64,000 nt of DNA from Guillardia theta CCMP2712 (Eukaryota; Protista; Cryptophyta): contig NW_005434654.1 in NCBI RefSeq assembly GCF_000315625.1, positions 494,632 through 558,631 on the forward strand, given 5' to 3'. The position numbers were made by a program, and so were the translations under genes. The notes beneath the pieces were generated by a model. That model saw nothing but the letters and a program-made list of their open reading frames with translations. It did no database searches and was not told the origin of the DNA. Positions 36,267 through 48,000 of the stretch are shown here, piece after piece; the first letter of the stretch is position 1, and every line of letters starts with the position of its first letter.

Positions 36267-37029
36267 CAGGGAGCTTCACTCCTCAGGAGAAGGGCGCGAG
36301 GACTCGAGGGAGTGTCCTCGCAAGGACTGGGCGTGACTTGGCATATGCTCCTGCAATGAACATCAGGTCAAGACCTCCCATCGCCTTACACGCGCACGGG
36401 CGATCGAAGCATCTCAAAACAGCTCCAACTCAAACACCAGCCCTCGTTCTACCACTCGACAAACCTCCCGCCCAATTCGTCAGTTCAATCTACATCTCCG
36501 CTATCAGCTCGGCATGAAGGCGTCTCTATCTTCTAGTCGAACGCTTCGTGTGAGATATTGACTCCGCAATTCAATCTGGTTATCTCTGCTCACGCTCAAA
36601 CCACCTCCCGGACTCCGGTCTGTCTACTCTTCTTTCGCACGAGTGGCAGCATGAAACGGGATGCCGGGAAACCCGCCGAGCAGGAGGCAGGTGAGGGCAC
36701 TTCAACTCTCTGAGAGTTCGCTGAGCGGCTGGTTGCCGGAGCGGAAAGGAGAGCAGCAGCAGCAGAGCACGGTCTGAGACTGAGAGGGGGAGCACCAGGA
36801 TGGCGGTACTACCGTACCCAGTGAGCGGTGGGCACAGCCTTGTCCCTCCTGTGAGAGGAATAACCAGGGGCCTACCACTAAACCAACCGCGACTTTCTCA
36901 GTGAGCCGCCGCGTATGGTACGGTGACTCGCCGAGGCCCGGCCGGCGGATTCACTGGTTGAATTTTTACTTAATCTCCGGGCCATCGGAGCCCCGGAAAA
37001 AGTCTGTCGTTCAACTGAGGTTGTTTTAA

Positions 37030-38600
37030 AGCAGCGGGCTTTTAAAGGCTACACCTTCTTTTACCACCACCCCCCAATTCCCACGAGATACGTCGATTGG
37101 GCAGCACAGAGAGGGACGTAGCCTCAGGGTGGGTACTACCCCCGGGTGACAGAATGGGGGCAACCGAATCTGCAGATTGCAGGGGTGGGGGTCATTCAAA
37201 CACCCGGTCAAGAACCTCTGTTGTGCATAGAAAGTAGGGGTAGATTGCCATGTGGGTGGGAAGGTCTCTTATCTTGTCCTCAGGGTCGCCAGCTCGAAAT
37301 CTCTTGTTTTCGTGAAATTTTTGTAGACATCCCTTCTGTCCCTCCAGCAGACAGAGCCACCCTACCCCACTCCAGACTATGTTTTAAACTTCTTTGGTAC
37401 ATCACCGGGTATTTTGAAGCTTACTCTCAGTTAAATTGACCCCTACGCTCTGGCATGTTGTACCCTCCACCCCCACATTGGTTGTTGCATGAAACCGTAT
37501 TTGTGCACGTCGTCGGGCAGCTCTCTCCTTCGGTACCACCCCCGTCCGCACTAACTTCTTCGAACCCTCTGCCACAGATCTGATATTCCTCGATCAAAAT
37601 GATAAGAAAAAGCCGACTACTGCTCACCATGCGGTGTCGAGGCCTCGGGCCATCACGCTACATTCGATCAAATTCCACCGCTGCCACCCCAAACATTTTT
37701 GGAAAAAAAAAGAAATAAAACGGATAAAAAACAGATCTGGAGATTGCAGCATAGCATTCATATGCTCTACATCACATGGGGTCCATCCACTAATGCTCAA
37801 CAAGAAAATTATCGAGAGGTGGAGGGGGGGGGATGGGAGGAGGTGTTTGAGCGGGGGTGAGGGCCTAAGACTCGTGAGGTTTACATTGCACTTTTAGCAC
37901 GCTTTGATATGCTCCTATGACCGCTGTAGGCATATATCCAGTATCTCCATAATGATTCCTAATACCTCCCTATTAACCTAGAGGGGGCATTTGGTACCTT
38001 CTGATCTGTTCCTAAGACCCGGATACGGTGGGCATATCCCCACCATTCTTAGTAGTATCTTTCTAGGGCCAAGCTACACGCCCCAGGAGTGCCTTGTAAA
38101 AAGGGTTACGGCATTGCGTTTCGGAGATGGTGGGGTACTTGTCAATTGAGGGGTAGGGGTAATATAACAAACGCAGTGCACGGTTATCAGAAAGTCAAAA
38201 TGTCTCGAAGGTGGGGAGAGTGGTACTTTTTCCTAGTTCCATATTCGAAGAAATGGGTAGCTTTATTGCATCGAGCGCTGTGGAAAAGAGCTGAACTCAA
38301 ATAGGGGGGTGGGGGATGTCAAGCTCATGGGTAGTCTTCTGAATAAAGCTGATAGAGGGGTAGTATGTAAAAAGGGGGTCGGTAAGAATGTGAAAGCATT
38401 TATCAGGGTAGTAAAGTTGGTAGGGTGGAGAGCAGAAGGTAGGGTGGCAGGTAGATGACACAGATTCTAACCGGTGGTTGAATCTTGCCTAAACGAGCGT
38501 CTCTAGTAGGTAGGGTAGAAACAACCAGGGGTAGACTAAAAAGCGTGAGCTTTGTGGGGGGTGGGGTGAAAGAGCAGGGTGGGAGAGCGGGAGGGACACA
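37030..38600. other. Second divergent intergenic region with C-rich to G-rich (GGGGT) polarity
   Basis: CCACCCC words on the left (mixed) and dense GGGGT/AGGGT words at 37.8-38.6 kb. Confidence 0.7.
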
Positions 38601-38776
38601 ATCGCCGTGGGAGAAGTCGGAACGAGGGCCACGGGAGGCTTGTGTTCGAAACGCCGCTAGCTTTCCTTGTGCAGCAAGTCGGAAGGGTCAGGAGGGGAAG
38701 CAAAGAAGAGTCTCTCGCCTTGAATCCAGCTGTTCGAACAGAGTTTCGTTGAGTTCACGTGTCGAAGAATTCTACG

Positions 38777-39555
38777 ATGGCTTCCATCGCAGCTTTGTTA
38801 ACATCCGACACACCAGTTTCGCCTTTAAATCATGAGTTCTGTTTTGCGTCTGGCATCCAGTCCAAACAAGATATCAAGCCAACCCCATCCACGTTCATTC
38901 TGAATGCTGAGCAGAAGAAAAATTGCGATGCAGAGGTTGCAAAACGTGAAATTGTACATCATTCGAGCGTTAGCGTCAACTATAGCGGGCATCTTCAGTG
39001 CCTGTCAGTCGACGGGATGCAAAGCTTTTCTGACATGCAAAGTATTGGTCGTAGAGCATCGACCATCAACAGGCGGTTGATGGAAAAGGAAAAGGGGAAA
39101 CTCTCGGTCATTTTCCCTCGGAGGAAAATGGGGGAAGCATCGCGCAAGACAGATGCAGTATGGCTCAGCATGGAACTTGTACATTCCCTCTCCGATAGAT
39201 CACTGCAAGAGGCAGCTAAGCATCTGGTACGTGATGAATTTTGGAGCATGCATCCTCGTGTAATGTTTTTGTTCAGGGCATCTCTGCCACTGCGTTGAAG
39301 AAAGCATGCAGAGTTCTCGGGATAGAACGATGGCCTTACTGCAGAAAGAGAATCCAAGATGGCGACTGCTCTTCGTCAAAGGATGCACAATCACCAGATA
39401 GTGCGACCTTCAATGACAATATCAACACAGAGTCGACACAATTTTCGGATACAACTTGTTTTGGCCCCGACGAAACTTTCCATAAGAACGCTGCTATTGT
39501 GCTGGAAGCTGCAAGGAAACTTCAATTTGCAGATCAAATGAGTCGGACCTGTTGA
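38777..39555 (+). CDS. RWP-RK domain transcription factor
   Basis: SLQEAAKHL|GISATALKKACRVLGIERWPYCRK after removing a 50-bp GT-AG intron (39227-39276). Confidence 0.93.
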
Positions 39556-39933
39556 TCCCATGTGTTGTATACCATACAGACTGAAGCCTTACCTTACCTG
39601 TCAATTAGCCATACACAGTGTACCCCGGGCCAACATTTCGACACCTCTCCCAAAGCCACAGCGTGAAATCTAAGCTGTGTCGCAGGAAAGGTTGTGCATG
39701 GGTGATCCTTACTGAAAAGCTAAGCGCTGTGTTTGGAATAAACATGTCAGTCTTATCAGTCTTGTCTTCTCGCTTCTCTCTCTGTACATATGCCATCCGA
39801 GTCGCATGCCAAAGCTTTTTGTTTATTGACTGAAAAAGAAGGGCAAACCGGAGCTTTTAGTCGCTAGACTAGTTCTGCAATCAAGTCCGCCTCAGGTGCT
39901 CCTTACAAGCCTTGCCAAGTTGGGTTGTTGCCC

Positions 39934-40707
39934 ATGGCGCGAGTGTGTGGAGCTGGCTGGGCTTATGGCGGCAAAGGGCTCGCAGCCAGCGGTCACTCTT
40001 CATGGCGGTTGACAGAGACACGAGGACGAGGACGCGCTCTTAGCGCCATGCGCTGCAGTCTGACGCTGCCGACGGAGAAGAGTCTGGTCCTCCTGAGCGG
40101 AGGAGTGGAGTCAGTGACACTGATGCCCTTGCTGTCAGCTCGAATGGGGTCGAAGGTCTCCGAGACCCACCTGGTCCCTCTGTTTGTCGACTATGCTCAG
40201 AGAGGAGCAGAGATGGAGAGAAGAGCGAGCAAGAGGGTGTGCGACAGGCTGGGGTTGGAGCTTCTCGAGCTCGACGCGAGCAGGGTGGGACAAGGGATGC
40301 GGCTACGACAGAAGCAAAGGCTGCATGTCCCCGTTCCCCATCGCAATCTCTTTGCACTGTCACTTGCCTTGGCCATGGCCAACGTGGAGGGAGCGAAGAA
40401 GATGCACATCGCCATTCAGAAGGAGGACACGGACTGGTATCCGTCAGCCTCACGAGATTTCCTGGCAGCATCTAAGAGTATGGTTCAGCTCCTAGAGCCC
40501 CAGATCGAGCTCCTCACCCCGTTTCTCGACATGACGAAGCAGCAGGTGTTAGAGCTGGGTGTGGAGGTCGGGGTGGATTACAGCGGGACGTACTCGTGCA
40601 TCCGGGGGGGGGAGAGGCACTGTGGGACATGCAAGCAATGCAGGGAGAGGAAGAAGTCTTTCGAGGAGGCGAGAATCCCTGAACCTCCTGATTTCTATGA
40701 ACAATGA
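39934..40707 (+). CDS. queC: QueC-like (7-cyano-7-deazaguanine synthase family) PP-loop/Zn enzyme, intronless, with N-terminal extension
   Basis: LVLLSGGVES (PP-loop), DYAQR, VPHRN, YPSAS, TPFLDMTKQQV and TYSCIRGGERHCGTCKQCRER (4-Cys Zn site), in QueC order and spacing. Confidence 0.88.
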   Translation: MARVCGAGWAYGGKGLAASGHSSWRLTETRGRGRALSAMRCSLTLPTEKSLVLLSGGVESVTLMPLLSARMGSKVSETHLVPLFVDYAQRGAEMERRASKRVCDRLGLELLELDASRVGQGMRLRQKQRLHVPVPHRNLFALSLALAMANVEGAKKMHIAIQKEDTDWYPSASRDFLAASKSMVQLLEPQIELLTPFLDMTKQQVLELGVEVGVDYSGTYSCIRGGERHCGTCKQCRERKKSFEEARIPEPPDFYEQ

Positions 40708-40734
40708 AGGAGAATGAACAATGAAGGAGGAGCC

Positions 40735-43384
40735 TTATATGACCTGCTTCGCTGAACCTGAATACCGCAAGCTGTTGGGGCTAACGATTGGAATCGCGAA
40801 AATGGTGTTGGACTTGACGATATTGCTGTTCAGCACATTTTTGCTGCACCACCTGACAAGGCATGAAATGTGTCAAAGAAGAGACGCAAACCATCAAGAC
40901 TGTCTCACGGGCACACGAATGCTTTCGTTTCCACCAGATACGAAGTTGGTTTCGCGTAGAGGGGAGGGCTTTCAGTCCACTTGAATTGCTTCCGCAACAT
41001 CTGCATGTAATGACTCCCGTAGAATTGTGCTGCCGAACAGGAGCAGGGTCATGCCCAAGGACGGCACATCAGCGATCATTGACTTGCCTATGGGATCCTT
41101 GGAGGTATCTCTTGCAAACTCTGAGGAAAGGTTCAGGACAACCTTGCAGCGGTCTCTCAGGGGCGTCACCGATGTTGGAGTCATGCTGCTGTTTGAAGTA
41201 TTCCATGGAGTTGATTCTACAGATGTGTGAGATCGTGCTGGAGTCCAGGCTCGCTGTCATCTTCTCTGCCTGTGTGCGTGCGTTACATACGGGAGGCACC
41301 AACTTGATCCCTGACCGTGAAGAACTTCCGCTGACGCTGAGAGCAGACAGCGCAGTCCTCGTCAATCAGCGGGTGTACTCCTGCAGCCTTGGTCAGCCCC
41401 CATGGCAGGAGATCTGAAGACGGGGCGTACGATGCGGCGCCTCCGTGCGGAAGTACTGGATCACTCCTTCCGCATCCATCTCCTGCGAGCTGTCAGACGC
41501 TTCTCTACATCACGACTGCTCGACTGATTGAGGTCGGTGGAGCATGCAAGACTCCTCCTCGGTCAAGAACGTGCTCGGACCTGTGCATCCGAGTCAGAGA
41601 GATCGACGGGCTGAGCTCTCAGCTGACAATCAAAACAATAGAACGAAGCGGACTGGCTGCTTTGGCGAGCGGAGGCGACCCTCGGTCTGTCACGAAACCT
41701 GGAACGACCTTCAGACAGGCTTGCTGGTATGCAGATAAGCTGTTTGAGCGACTTACAACATCTGGAGGTGAAAGTCGAACGGGACTTTCTGTAAGTAAGT
41801 CAAGGCATGTTTGAATGGAACAGCTGTCTGCAGGAATACCGCTTTGCTGTCTTGATCGGCGAAATCGAAGCAAGTTTTGTTCCACACCACAGGGCTATGA
41901 TCGATGAAACCAGTATTGAACCACAAACTGCAAATCTCGTAGAAAGGGCCAACTGAGAACTTCCTTCCAGAGATCTTTTCTTGTAGTCATTGACGAGAGA
42001 AGGATTTCAGAAGCAAGTATCACCACTACTTTGATGTCCCCCGCCATTGTTAAAAGCTCAGTCAGCGACATAATGAGATATTTCCGGCCTCCTTTCATCG
42101 ACCCTGCATCTTTCCCTTTCGAAGACCTGCAGAAAGTTCACAAGGGCGGCGTCGGCCCTCACGCTCGCACCAAAGCAGCTGAAGCTCATTCTGATCTTGA
42201 GATTTCTTGCTGAACACGTTCAAAAGAAATATTTCAATCCTGATCTTGTTCATGTCCAAACCATCGCATGTCAGGCACAACTGCCGACTCTAGTGAGACC
42301 TGAATTTCATCCAAGCAAAGTCAACACCTTGCTAAGGTCCACTGAAGAGGGATTCGCAGCGAATCTGGTAAAAAAATATCCGATGTATCTTCGATGACAG
42401 TTGTATACAAATGCTTCGGCATCCTTCATTCTCATCTTTTCATAAAATTCAATCGCCTCCCTGACCTTGGAGATTTTCACACCTGTGCTCACAAGAACAA
42501 ATTAAACTCACCGATTGGAATTCATTGGGCCATGCGTAAATCAGAAACGAGCAAATCATCAATCCTGTTCGGTTTCTTCCCGATGCACACATGATCTAAA
42601 GCAACTCATTCACACTTGATCTCTCGTTAAGCAACAGGCTAACCACAGCCACGTTATCGTCCTCAGCGTCGAGCCAAGTTTGAAGGTCCTTGCAGAAGCT
42701 TTGAATGCGAGAAAGCAAGGTGACCTGACGAGCGTCAGCAACGAGCGCGAGGGTTCAGCACCAACCTCCTTCTTGAGGAAGGCGTACTCCTGCGTGATCT
42801 TGCCGTTGAACTCATACGTTTTGAGGAAGGAAGAGTTTGTTTCCCCGTCCAGGTTGTAGAACCTGTCGAGCACTCGGTCATCCCACATCCCCCGCTTCGT
42901 CTCGGGATGCTATCACTTGGCTTTGTTCGGATGCTCCATCTCAAAGTACTGCTTGATCTCCTCAACAGAATCCTCTGCATAACGTGTTAAGCTGCATCAG
43001 CCCGCGTTGTAACTCACTCTTCATGAACTTCTGCAGCTTGTTGTCGACAGGGGTGGCAAGGGCGATGATGTGAGGGGTGATATACGCCATGTCGATGTTG
43101 AAACCGTTGAGAGTTGTTCTGCTCGTCATTCAGCATATCCGTGTTGAAATCCGTTCTCTTCACCTCATCTTCTGCCCTGCCCAGAGAGACTTGACTTGCG
43201 ACCATGACCTTGGGCGCGATGCTGGTGCAGGGGCAGCGAGACTCTCCGAGGTGCCGTCTGCTGACCCTCCGTCATCACCGCTGCCTCCACCACGCGCCTC
43301 CTCTCAGACTTGTGACAGACCTTGAGGAGCGTTCATCTCGCCTTGAGACGAATCGTGGAGAGTGAAAGAGGAGCGCTGGCGCAT
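40735..43384 (-). CDS. PTEN/tensin-type phosphatase plus C2 domain protein with long low-complexity tail
   Basis: NGFNIDMAYITPHIIALATP; FCKDLQTWLDAEDDNVAV|IMCASGRNRTGLMICSFL; EAIEFYEKMR..HRRYIGYF; C2-like AGDIKVV...QYWFH. Confidence 0.85.
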
Positions 43385-43596
43385 GCTACTTGATGCCGAA
43401 AGTTCCTCGAACTTGCTTATCGACATCTGCCAGTGCAACGTCAATTAATTCACTTTCGTATCACCAGCCAAAAACAAACTCTTCATCACAAACTTTCCAA
43501 CTTCTTCGTTCGGAAGTTCACTATGATTTACTTGGCACTGCAGTAGCGTTGTTGGTCCAACTTTGGTGCATATTCAGCATCATCTCTTGAGGACAT

Positions 43597-44003
43597 GCTC
43601 TATGTAGCTCTATGTAGCTCTATGTAGCTCTATGTAGCTCTATGTAGCTCTATGTAGCTCTATGTAGCTCTATGTAGCTCTATGTAGCTCTATGTAGCTC
43701 TAGGAGGCTCTATGTAGCTCTATGTAGCTCTATGTAGCTCTATGTAGCTCTATGTAGCTCTATGTAGCTCTAGGAGGCTCTATGTAGCTCTATGTAGCTC
43801 TATGTAGCTCTATGTAGCTCTATGTAGCTCTATGTAGCTCTATGTAGCTCTATCTAGCTCTATGTAGCTCTATGTAGCTCTATGTAGCTCTATGTAGCTC
43901 TATGTAGCTCTATGTAGCTCTATCAGTGTAGCTTTATCATGGTAGCTCCGACGGCCGGCGGATGTAGCTCTAGGAGGCTCTATGTAGCTCTAGGAGGCTC
44001 TAG
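43597..44003. repeat. 10-bp minisatellite (TATGTAGCTC)n with TAGGAGGCTC variants
   Basis: 32 phased units at 43601-43920 plus a short satellite block at 43961-44003. Confidence 0.98.
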
Positions 44004-45075
44004 AGGCCTCTGCTCTCTCCCTCCCCTCCTTCATGTCAAGTTGGGCATGTCTGGTAGCAACCCTTGCCACCAGCAACTCCGAACATTTCCGTTACAGTTC
44101 CATATTGCTCGTAACCGTATTGCCAATGGTTTGCAACTGCGTCACTCAGTCCGGGCCGGCGGCCGTACTACCCGGCCGGTCTTACATTTGAAATAAAAAT
44201 GTAGATTATCTGGATAATTTCAAATTTTGAAGAAAGCTTGTATTTATATGAAAATGTTTGCAGAAGTGGCCGGAACTTGGGTCAGGGTGGGTAGGGCGAG
44301 TGGGATATTGGGGGTGGTGGTGAAGGAGTGAAACCGAGGAGCGGTATGGCTGGAGGGTATCCCAAGTGGGTATGGTCGCCATCAGGCGGATGGCAATGGC
44401 AGGACGTGATGAAGCCGGTGAGTGGGATCGAGAGCTTCTCTTGTGCAAATTTGCTGAGCTCTGGGAAGCATAACTTGCTGGATGAGTGCGAGCGCATGCG
44501 ATTTCCCCACTTGTCGTTTTGCCTGCATGCTGTTGGCTTGTGTTTCCTCTTCCTTCTCCGTGGGGGCAGCGGAATGCGATTTCACTTCTCAAAAATATCT
44601 GGACCTGTCACAGGCGATAGGTGCAGCTCTACCACGTGCTCACCCTGACTCTGCAGGGAATGCAAGGAGCACATAACAAGAACTGGGCTAGAAACACAGG
44701 AATTGCCTTGGCAGCTTCCTTTGCCTTTACTGCATATCTTTTCAACGTTTCTCGACAGATTGAGCAGAGGTACATGCTCAATGGCTGAGGAGGTTGTTTG
44801 TAACACGCCTGTGACAGGCCCCAAGAGCCCGTTAGGAAGATTCCATCCATCCACTGGTGGGGGAGGAAAGAGCTCAGGGACGCCTATCCTGACCCCAAAC
44901 CCTTCTGAACAACTTCTTGTGTGCTTCCCTGTGGGAGCAGTTAGCACGTGCATGAAAAACAAACTCTATGACAGCGAATGGCCTCTGGCCTTCCAGGCTC
45001 CTCGTGCCCTGAACACTCTCGAAACACGGCAAGCTGAGATCACAAGTTTATTTACAGCACAAGATCTTGTTACAG

Positions 45076-48000
45076 TCATGCATCTTCCAGCAGAGATTGT
45101 GAGAGGTCATAGAGCGAATCCGGTGCCTGGATGAAAGCGCTCAAAATCACCGAGTGTCGGGCGGTGCACTGCCGCAGGCAGGAGTTGAGGCAGCCCTCCA
45201 GTCCTCGTTGCCTTCCCTTCTCATCACTGTCGTTTATGTTGGCGAGGGTGGATCTCTTGGGAGGAAGGACGACATCTGTTACCCCTCCATGTCGCTGAAG
45301 CAGCACCAGGAGCTCTGAGAACTGCGCGTACGTTCGACGAGCATCCCAGGTCAAGTCCGCCTGGGATGGCTTCTCTGTAGTTTGCACGTCGTCAAGGTTG
45401 GTAGGGGGAGAGATCCGGAACTGAAGAATGTGCACTTCCGTGCTCGCGAGAGAGCTTCCCTCCTCCCCGCTGTCAGCTCGTAGGTACTGGGCCATGACTC
45501 CACGGATGAGGCGCTCATCGATGGGAGGACGATCGGGCTTTTGCTCTGAGAGCCAACGAGGGAGGTTGTAGCTCGACCTCCGGTCCTTGCCCCACATCAT
45601 CATCACTCCCTTGGCATCCCCCGTGAACATCTGGTGGCTGTCGGAAGAGAAGCTGATGCAGGTGATGGGATGCTGGTGGGATCGGCGGCACTCGAAGAGC
45701 AGGTCCAGCGCGAGGTCTGACGGCATGCCCTGCTTGCCGCTGAGGAATTTGGACCTGGCGAGCTTGGAGGGGACGAGCCGCCAGAAGCGGATGACCCCCG
45801 ACTGGTGGCCGCTGATGATCACGGGGTACTCCACTGCCCACTCTGGCACCTGTCAGGTGGGATCAGGTGGAAGGGAGGCGAAGGAGAACAAGGGATGGGG
45901 CGAGAGGGCGAGGCTGAGAGAGGGAGGGAGTGGAATGGGAAGGGGGCGGGACGGCAGGGCAAGGGTGGGTCAGGGCAGAGCTAGGTCAAGGGAGGGAAGG
46001 AGAGGGGAAGGGGAGGGAAGGGCACGGGAGGAGCACGGGAAGAGTGTAAGGAAGGGGAAGGGGAAGGGGAAGGGGAAGGGGAAGGGAAGCCAGAAATTCT
46101 GCACTTACCCGGACAGCCTTGGACGTGGTGACTGCGTCGCCATCCTCGAGCATCACCTTGCTCGCCAACATCCTCCCGTTCAAGTTGACCAGTCGGATCT
46201 CCTTCCCCGCTGAGATGACGACGGTCGAGCCCGTGGGATTCAGGTCGATGCAGGTAGGCGTCCCCTGCAGGCCACGAGCAAGGGGCCTCAAAAACCTGAG
46301 CCGGTAGGTATCCCAGAGCAGGACTGTCTTGTCCTTGGAGCCGGACAGGATCACCGAGTGCATGCTGGAGACGTGAAGGCAAGTGACGGAGCCTCTGTGC
46401 CCGCTCAGCCTCTTCCTCAGGACCAACTGCTTCACCTTCACCTCCCCGTGTCCTCGGATGCTGTTGATGCCGACTGCTACCCCGCTCTTTGCCCCCCCAA
46501 TGGAGCCTGCGGGTTTCACCTCCTTGAACTTCCAAACGCAGATATCCCCCAGCCTCCCACCGGTGACGATGATGCTGCCGTCATCGCTGCTCGATGCCGA
46601 CATCACGCCATCCTGGTGGAGGTTCTCAAACGTGCCCACCTGCTTCTCCGCCTCCGCCTTGGTCAGAGTTGACCCTGACTTGACCGTTAGCCGCACACTC
46701 CCGTCTGGGAAGCCCCACAGGAGAAACTCGTTCTGCGACGGAGCAAGCATGATCCTGTTCCCCGCCACGACGCTTGGCTTGCTGTCTCCCTGTGCCCGCA
46801 CATCTCGGACGATCCCTTCCCCGGTCCTCAGGAAGTCCTTCAACGGTTGGCTCTGCAGCGTCGAAGGCTCCGTGCAGATCTGAGGAGGAACGATGGCAAC
46901 TCCCGGCTCTCGTCTCGGATGAGGTTTGGAGAACAGCTGGGTAGGAGTTTGCCCGAAGTTCAAGATCTGCGCGATGGTGCTCATTCGCTCGACCGGATCC
47001 TTGATCGCGTCCACATCGACGGCGCCCTCGTACGTCAGGTGGTGGAAAACATTCAGAGCCTCCACTGCTGCTGGTCCCCGCTGCCGATAGCCGAAGATGA
47101 GATCGATCCACTCGTGAAGGTGGGAGGAGACATACTCGCTCTCCAGAGCCTGGAGGGACAGGGAAAGTAAGTCAACCTCACGCAGGAGACGAGAGCACGG
47201 AAGGATGGAGTGAGGGGAGGGGCGATGAGGAGGAGGCAGAAAGACACACAGACGGAAGGAAGGAAACAAGAAAGGGAGACAGACAGGGAGGATGAAGGGA
47301 GGAGGGATGGATGGAGGGACCGAAAGGCTGAGGACCTGTCGCATCTTCCTGACAAACTCGTCGGAACTTCCATGAGCCCATGGAGGCAGCTCGACACAGT
47401 CCAACCTCGTGCTCCTTTTTTGGCGCACCCCCAAGTCAAGACGATTCTCGTTGAGCAGGAAGTCAGGCAGGTAGTAGAATTCGGGAATCAGCTCCTTCAC
47501 ATCCGACAGCGACAATTGCGAGGCGCTGTCCCACGACTCCCGCACGGAGGCGAAGATCCTGTCGGCATGGTCGAACTTCCCTCCCTGCAGGTGCACGTGC
47601 GCGCTGGTGAAGGGCTCGAGCCTGATGAGGTAGAACATGACGGCTGCAGCGGAGGAGTAGTGAGTGGCGTAGTGGAAGGGAGGCGTTGGGTGCTCGGGGT
47701 CGGGCTCCAGCCAGTTGTCAAATCTCTTTCTGTACTCTGCGGCTCGAGCCTCGTCCTGCGCTCCCATGGGCTTCGAGAGGTCGCGAAAGACCTCAGGCCG
47801 GGAGAGGTCGAGCTGGTCGGAGGAGTAGTCCCTGAGAACCCAAGGGAAGATGGGATACTGGGTGAAGTCGTTGTAGTTGCGGCCGGCGAGCGTGTTGAGG
47901 TGCATGAGGTACTGCAAGTTGCTGATCTCCCCCTGTTGCCACAACCGCCTCAGGTTCTGCAGGAGAGTCTTGGAGGATGTGCGACCGGTCCACCTCCCCT

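Noticed and set aside
38777-43384. Functional cluster of RWP-RK, QueC-like and PTEN-like genes
   Set aside because: No pathway link and no other queuosine or defence genes nearby; adjacency is expected in a compact genome.
43597-44003. CRISPR array or telomeric repeat
   Set aside because: Contiguous 10-mers with no unique spacers, no cas genes, and no G-rich telomere-type unit.
44703-45134. Possible plus-strand gene downstream of the G-rich tract
   Set aside because: No motif, overlaps the BEACH stop region, and cannot be supported without transcripts.
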